Assembly (NCBI GenBank): GCA_905215835.1 | Contig: CAJMRR010000001.1 | Span: forward strand, 1-55,693 | DNA from: an uncultured bacterium | Lineage (GTDB): Bacteria; Actinomycetota; Coriobacteriia; Coriobacteriales; Coriobacteriaceae | Reading direction: 5' to 3' | Length of the DNA stretch: 55,693 bases | In this document: in pieces, positions 51,595 to 55,693 of the stretch | How positions within the stretch are numbered: the stretch's first letter is position 1 | Layout: each line of letters starts with the position of its first letter | Notes under the pieces: generated by a model | What the model was told of the DNA's origin: nothing | The model's input: only the letters and a program-made list of their open reading frames with translations | The model's database searches: none | Made by a program: the position numbers and the translations under genes

Positions 51595-52215
51595 TTATTC
51601 CGAGGCGTCCTCTGGTGCGGGATGTCGCTCCAGATAATCGCCCAGCATCTTAAAGTCTTCCTCCAGCAGCTCCTGCCACGCCGGATTGCGCAGCGCTGCT
51701 GCCGGATGAAAAGTGGGCATTACTACAAAATGCCCCATCTGGTGGAACCTGCCGCGCAGCTTAGTAATGCCAATCTCGGTCTTAAGCACAAAGTGCGTCG
51801 CGGGGTTGCCGAGCGTCACGATAATATCAGGCCAGATGCTTCGAATCTGCTCACGCAAAAACGGCGAGCAAGCCAGCACTTCCTCGGGACGCGGATTGCG
51901 GTTTCCCGGCGGGCGGCACTTAAGCACGTTGGCAATGTAGACGTCTTCGCGTTTGAGCCCCGCCAGCGACAAAATGCCGTTGAGGTCCTCGCCTGCCGCC
52001 CCCACAAAAGGCTCGCCCTGCAAATCCTCATTGCGGCCCGGCGCCTCACCAATAAACATCACGCGAGCGCGGGGGTTTCCCACGCCAAACACGATATTGT
52101 GACGCGACTGGTAGAGCTGGCAGAGGTGACAATCGCCCAGAACGGCCTCAATCTCCTCGAGTGCGACCTCACGTGGTGTCTGATGGGTATGGCCGGGGAT
52201 GTGCATGACGCCCAT
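51595..52215 (-). CDS. Uracil-DNA glycosylase family 4
   Basis: CHLC, GEAPG, PFVGAAG, KCRPPGNR, HPAA. Confidence 0.93.
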   Translation of the reverse strand: MGVMHIPGHTHQTPREVALEEIEAVLGDCHLCQLYQSRHNIVFGVGNPRARVMFIGEAPGRNEDLQGEPFVGAAGEDLNGILSLAGLKREDVYIANVLKCRPPGNRNPRPEEVLACSPFLREQIRSIWPDIIVTLGNPATHFVLKTEIGITKLRGRFHQMGHFVVMPTFHPAAALRNPAWQELLEEDFKMLGDYLERHPAPEDASE

Positions 52216-52223
52216 AGCGGCTC

Positions 52224-53369
52224 CTACACGTAGACCTTGTCGAGACGCATGCCAAAGCCGCAGGCGACCTCGTAGTTAATCGTTCCGCGCAGTCGGGCCA
52301 TCTCGTCCATAGTGATCTCGGCATCGCCATCGCGGCCGACAATGATCATCTCGTCACCATACTCGGCCTCGGGAATCTCGTGTGCCGGGTTGGACTGAAT
52401 GGCGACCATAAACTGGTCCATGCAGATATTGCCAACCTGATGCACGCGCTCGCCGCGATACAGCACATCCATACGATTGGAAAGCGTACGCGATAGGCCA
52501 TCGGCATAACCGATCGGCAGCGTGCAGATCTGAACGCGCGTACGCGGTACGCGGTAGGTAAAACCGTAGCCCACGCCCTCACCCATCGCAGGGTGTGCCA
52601 CGCGCGTCACACGCGCATGGACGCTCATAACGGGATCAAGCTGCATCACGCGGCCACTCAGCTCGCACGGCTGCATGCCATACAAGCCAACGCCGGCGCG
52701 GATCATATCAAAATGCATCGAGGGGTCGAGCATCGAGGACGGCGTGTTGGCGCAGTGCACGATACCGCACTCAAAACCCGCATCCTTAATGGCCTGAACG
52801 GCCTCGGTAAAGCGCTGACACTGCAGCTTGTAGTCCCAGCCCGAAGGTTCATCGGCCGTGGCGAAGTGCGTAAATACGCCGTCGCACTGAATACCGCGAT
52901 GGAAATTTATACCGCGGACAAAGTCGAGCACCTGCGTGTAGTGAACGCCGATACGATTCATGCCCGTCTCGATGGCGAGATGATACTTGCCCACTTTGCC
53001 CGCCGCGACGGCACATTCGCCATACGCAAGAGCAAAGTCAGACGTATAGACCGAGGGCATGATATCAAACTCGAGCAACGTCGGAATGGCCTCGATAGGC
53101 GGCTCGCTTAGGATGAGGATGGGTTTCGTAATCCCGCCCTGTCGGAGCTCAACGCCCTCGTTAACCGTCGCCACGGCAAACATGTCGGCACCGACCGAAT
53201 ACATGATCTTGGCGCACTCAACAGCTCCATGACCATAAGCATCGGCCTTGACCACGCAGCACAGGCGCTGACGTGGATTCAGCAAGTTCTTATAGGCCCT
53301 CGTGTTGCGACGGAGCGCCCCGCGGTCGATCTCAACCCAGGACCAGCGCGTCAAATCGGCTTTATTCAT
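52224..53369 (-). CDS. alr: Alanine racemase
   Basis: VVKADAYGHG, TGMNRIG, THFATAD, GYADG, ICMDQ. Confidence 0.97.
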   Translation of the reverse strand: MNKADLTRWSWVEIDRGALRRNTRAYKNLLNPRQRLCCVVKADAYGHGAVECAKIMYSVGADMFAVATVNEGVELRQGGITKPILILSEPPIEAIPTLLEFDIMPSVYTSDFALAYGECAVAAGKVGKYHLAIETGMNRIGVHYTQVLDFVRGINFHRGIQCDGVFTHFATADEPSGWDYKLQCQRFTEAVQAIKDAGFECGIVHCANTPSSMLDPSMHFDMIRAGVGLYGMQPCELSGRVMQLDPVMSVHARVTRVAHPAMGEGVGYGFTYRVPRTRVQICTLPIGYADGLSRTLSNRMDVLYRGERVHQVGNICMDQFMVAIQSNPAHEIPEAEYGDEMIIVGRDGDAEITMDEMARLRGTINYEVACGFGMRLDKVYV

Positions 53370-53371
53370 GA

Positions 53372-54988
53372 TTAGTCATCCGACCCTTCGTCCATGATTC
53401 CCAGATCTTCGAACGCATCCTTTGCCGCCAGTTCCATGGCAGGACCGATCAAGTCGATAAGATCGGTCGCGATGACGCTCTTCTCACCATACTCCGTCGC
53501 CGCGGCAAAACCGGCGTAGCTGTGAAGTGCGACGGCGTACGAATACAGCAACTCCCAACGATCCATCTCGTCGCGCATGGTGGCAAGCGTGCCGGCCAAA
53601 ATACCCGCGAGAACATCACCCGAACCGGCAGTTGCCAGAGAAGCCGGACCCGAGAGCGGCAGCAGCACACGCTCAACGCCACAGATAGCCGTCGTCGGCC
53701 CCTTGGCAATGACCACCAGATTGTCGGAGCCTGCAGCCCAGACAACCTTCTGCGCGGCCGCAATCGCGGTACCAAGGTCGTTCACCTCGTCACCGGCAAC
53801 CAGACGCGAAAGCTCACGATAGTGCGGCGTCATAACCAACGGCTGCTCGCGACGATACATCTCGGGATTACTATCAATACCGTCAATGGCAATCTTAGCA
53901 AGGCAGTTGAGTGCATCGGCGTCCAAAATAAGCGGCACATCAAGCTCGAGCAAGCCCGAAACCACCTGCATAGCGCCGGCAGATGTCGTCATACCGGGAC
54001 CGCACAGTACACAGCTGTACTTCTTTGCAATCTCGCACACAGTCATGCGCGCAGCGGCGCCAAAGGAGCCGCGGGAATCAGACGGAATAGCAAAGACGGG
54101 AATCGAAGGAAGTGCCATGCGAATAAGATTGGCGCAGGCGTCAGGAGCCGCGACTGCCACGTAACCAGCACCCGCGCGAGCTGCAGACTTGGCCGCCATA
54201 ATGGCAGCACCAGGATATTGCGCAGATCCGGCGACAATAAGCACAGAGCCACGGGAATACTTATCGATATTCGAAGGTAGTGGAGCAAAGTAATCAACTA
54301 AGTCACCGGGCTCGACAATCTCGGCGGCGTGGTCGACATCATCGATGACCTCGTCAAGACGGTCGTAAAGATTGCCGCAGATCGAATCGCCAGCATACTC
54401 AGGGCCATCAGCGCTATACAGACCAATCTTGGGCGCAATCATCGTCACCGTATGCTCGGCACGAATGCAGTCGTCATCAACAACGCCCGTCTCGGCATTC
54501 AGGCCCGAGGGGACATCAATGGATACGACACAATCGGCGCATTCATTGACCGTAGGAATCCAGATGGAGAACGGCGCACGCAAATTTCCGTGGAACCCGG
54601 TACCAAAAATGGCATCGACAACAACATCGGCCTTATCGATCAAAACCTCGAGTTCGTCACGCGAGGGGCCGACACAAACGTGCACATCGCGGCCGGCAGT
54701 ACGACGAGCAACATGACGTGCCAGAGCAGCAGGAATCTCATCCGGCTCAACTGGAGAAACGATATCGACGTCCACACCCTTATGGCTCAGAATATCGGCG
54801 GCAACCCAACCCTCGCCGCCATTATTACCAAAACCGACCAGAACGAGAACCCGATCGGGATTGAGCTTCAAGACCTCGTTGGCGGCAAACTCACCCGCTA
54901 GCTCCATAAGCTCGGCCTTCGAAGTCCCTTCGCGTTCGATGATGTCCTCGAGACGAACGACTTCTTCGGTACTCAAAACCGGTTTCAT
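53372..54988 (-). CDS. nnr: Bifunctional NAD(P)H-hydrate epimerase/dehydratase
   Basis: LMELAG, GNNGG, DAIFGTG, DVPSG; DKYSRG, GPG, LDADAL, TPH, LATAGSGDVLAG. Confidence 0.94.
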   Translation of the reverse strand: MKPVLSTEEVVRLEDIIEREGTSKAELMELAGEFAANEVLKLNPDRVLVLVGFGNNGGEGWVAADILSHKGVDVDIVSPVEPDEIPAALARHVARRTAGRDVHVCVGPSRDELEVLIDKADVVVDAIFGTGFHGNLRAPFSIWIPTVNECADCVVSIDVPSGLNAETGVVDDDCIRAEHTVTMIAPKIGLYSADGPEYAGDSICGNLYDRLDEVIDDVDHAAEIVEPGDLVDYFAPLPSNIDKYSRGSVLIVAGSAQYPGAAIMAAKSAARAGAGYVAVAAPDACANLIRMALPSIPVFAIPSDSRGSFGAAARMTVCEIAKKYSCVLCGPGMTTSAGAMQVVSGLLELDVPLILDADALNCLAKIAIDGIDSNPEMYRREQPLVMTPHYRELSRLVAGDEVNDLGTAIAAAQKVVWAAGSDNLVVIAKGPTTAICGVERVLLPLSGPASLATAGSGDVLAGILAGTLATMRDEMDRWELLYSYAVALHSYAGFAAATEYGEKSVIATDLIDLIGPAMELAAKDAFEDLGIMDEGSDD

Positions 54989-55528
54989 CTATGCTCCTAG
55001 CGTATCTTGCGAAGCATCGCCCAGGTGCTCCGTCAATGCTGAATTCTGCAGCTGCTCAAGCTCATCTAAAACAGAGCGAGCCTCTTTAAATGTCTGCGCT
55101 ACGCGTTTCTTGGTACTCACCTTTTCCTCTTTTGGCTTAGGCCGAGCATCTTCGGTAATCGCGATGGCATTCGCAACGGCTAAGTCTCCTGTAAGCGTAA
55201 TGGAAAGAGCGACCTCAACAACACCCAGCTCTTGAGCGATCTCGAGAGCACGGCCCGAAAGCAGCGCCTTCGGTTTGCCGAGTTTATCACGCGTAACCGA
55301 AACATCTTTGCGACCAACGCCTTGACTAAAACCCGTGCCGAGAGCTTTAAGTACCGCCTCGCGCGAAGCAAAGCGGCTGGCATAGTGAGCAGCGGGACGC
55401 GATGATGCATCACAATACGCACGCTCTTCTTCGGTAAACACGCGCCGAGCAAACGACGGCGTCTTATCAAGAATTGATTTCATACGGGAAATCTCGACGA
55501 TATCAACGCCGATACCAGCTTCAGCCAT
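54989..55528 (-). CDS. acpS: Holo-ACP synthase with C-terminal extension
   Basis: GIGVDIVEISR, RFASREAVLKALGTG; ATG 55528 after GGAGG. Confidence 0.92.
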   Translation of the reverse strand: MAEAGIGVDIVEISRMKSILDKTPSFARRVFTEEERAYCDASSRPAAHYASRFASREAVLKALGTGFSQGVGRKDVSVTRDKLGKPKALLSGRALEIAQELGVVEVALSITLTGDLAVANAIAITEDARPKPKEEKVSTKKRVAQTFKEARSVLDELEQLQNSALTEHLGDASQDTLGA

Positions 55529-55637
55529 GTTCACCTCCATATCGCACAGACTAAGTTATTGTAGCCCGTTCACAGAAGATGCGACAAACGAGGGTTATAA
55601 AACACAGCTACTATGTGAGACAAAAGCCCTTAAACGC

Positions 55638-55669
55638 AAAAAAGGGGGAGGCCGCGAGGCCTCCCCCTT
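55638..55669 (-). terminator. Terminator of an upstream minus-strand transcript
   Basis: AAGGGGGAGGCC/GGCCTCCCCCTT + T-tract. Confidence 0.75.
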
Positions 55670-55693
55670 CTTCAGTTTCGCTGACGGCTCGGT

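Noticed and set aside
53372..55528. Somewhat lower GC3 in nnr-acpS as sign of horizontal transfer
   Set aside because: Housekeeping genes in a conserved acpS-nnr-alr-tsaE order; no mobility marks; shift not quantified

Overview
High-GC Actinomycetota chromosome segment; gene content and style suggest Coriobacteriia, probably Collinsella (inference). It is mostly core and carbohydrate genes: ppx-ftsB-eno-mazG-yfcE; a his operon headed by a HisZ-HisG fusion; an Amadori-compound (fructoselysine-type) mannose-family PTS locus whose SIS deglycase gene occurs twice, identical exactly from ATG to TAA; murB, galE, malQ-glgP, a maltodextrin-type ABC transporter, a TreR-like regulator and a PTS EIICB-HAD fusion; tRNA-Gln(TTG) with tRNA-linked repeats; an orphan JetD-like Toprim protein; cstA; and acpS-nnr-alr-udg-tsaE-tsaB/rimI/tsaD. 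No integrase, transposase, prophage or CRISPR array was seen. The most striking unexplained signals are non-coding: (1) four copies of a 131-153 bp element with a conserved, covarying 67-69 nt core flanked by copy-specific, perfectly complementary 31-42 bp arms; (2) an Ile/Val-rich leader-peptide attenuator plus a HisR-type operator upstream of cstA; (3) a recurrent CGGT-N3-CGGT motif about 51 bp upstream of the -10 of several sugar promoters. All family assignments come from motif recognition by eye; no searches were run.
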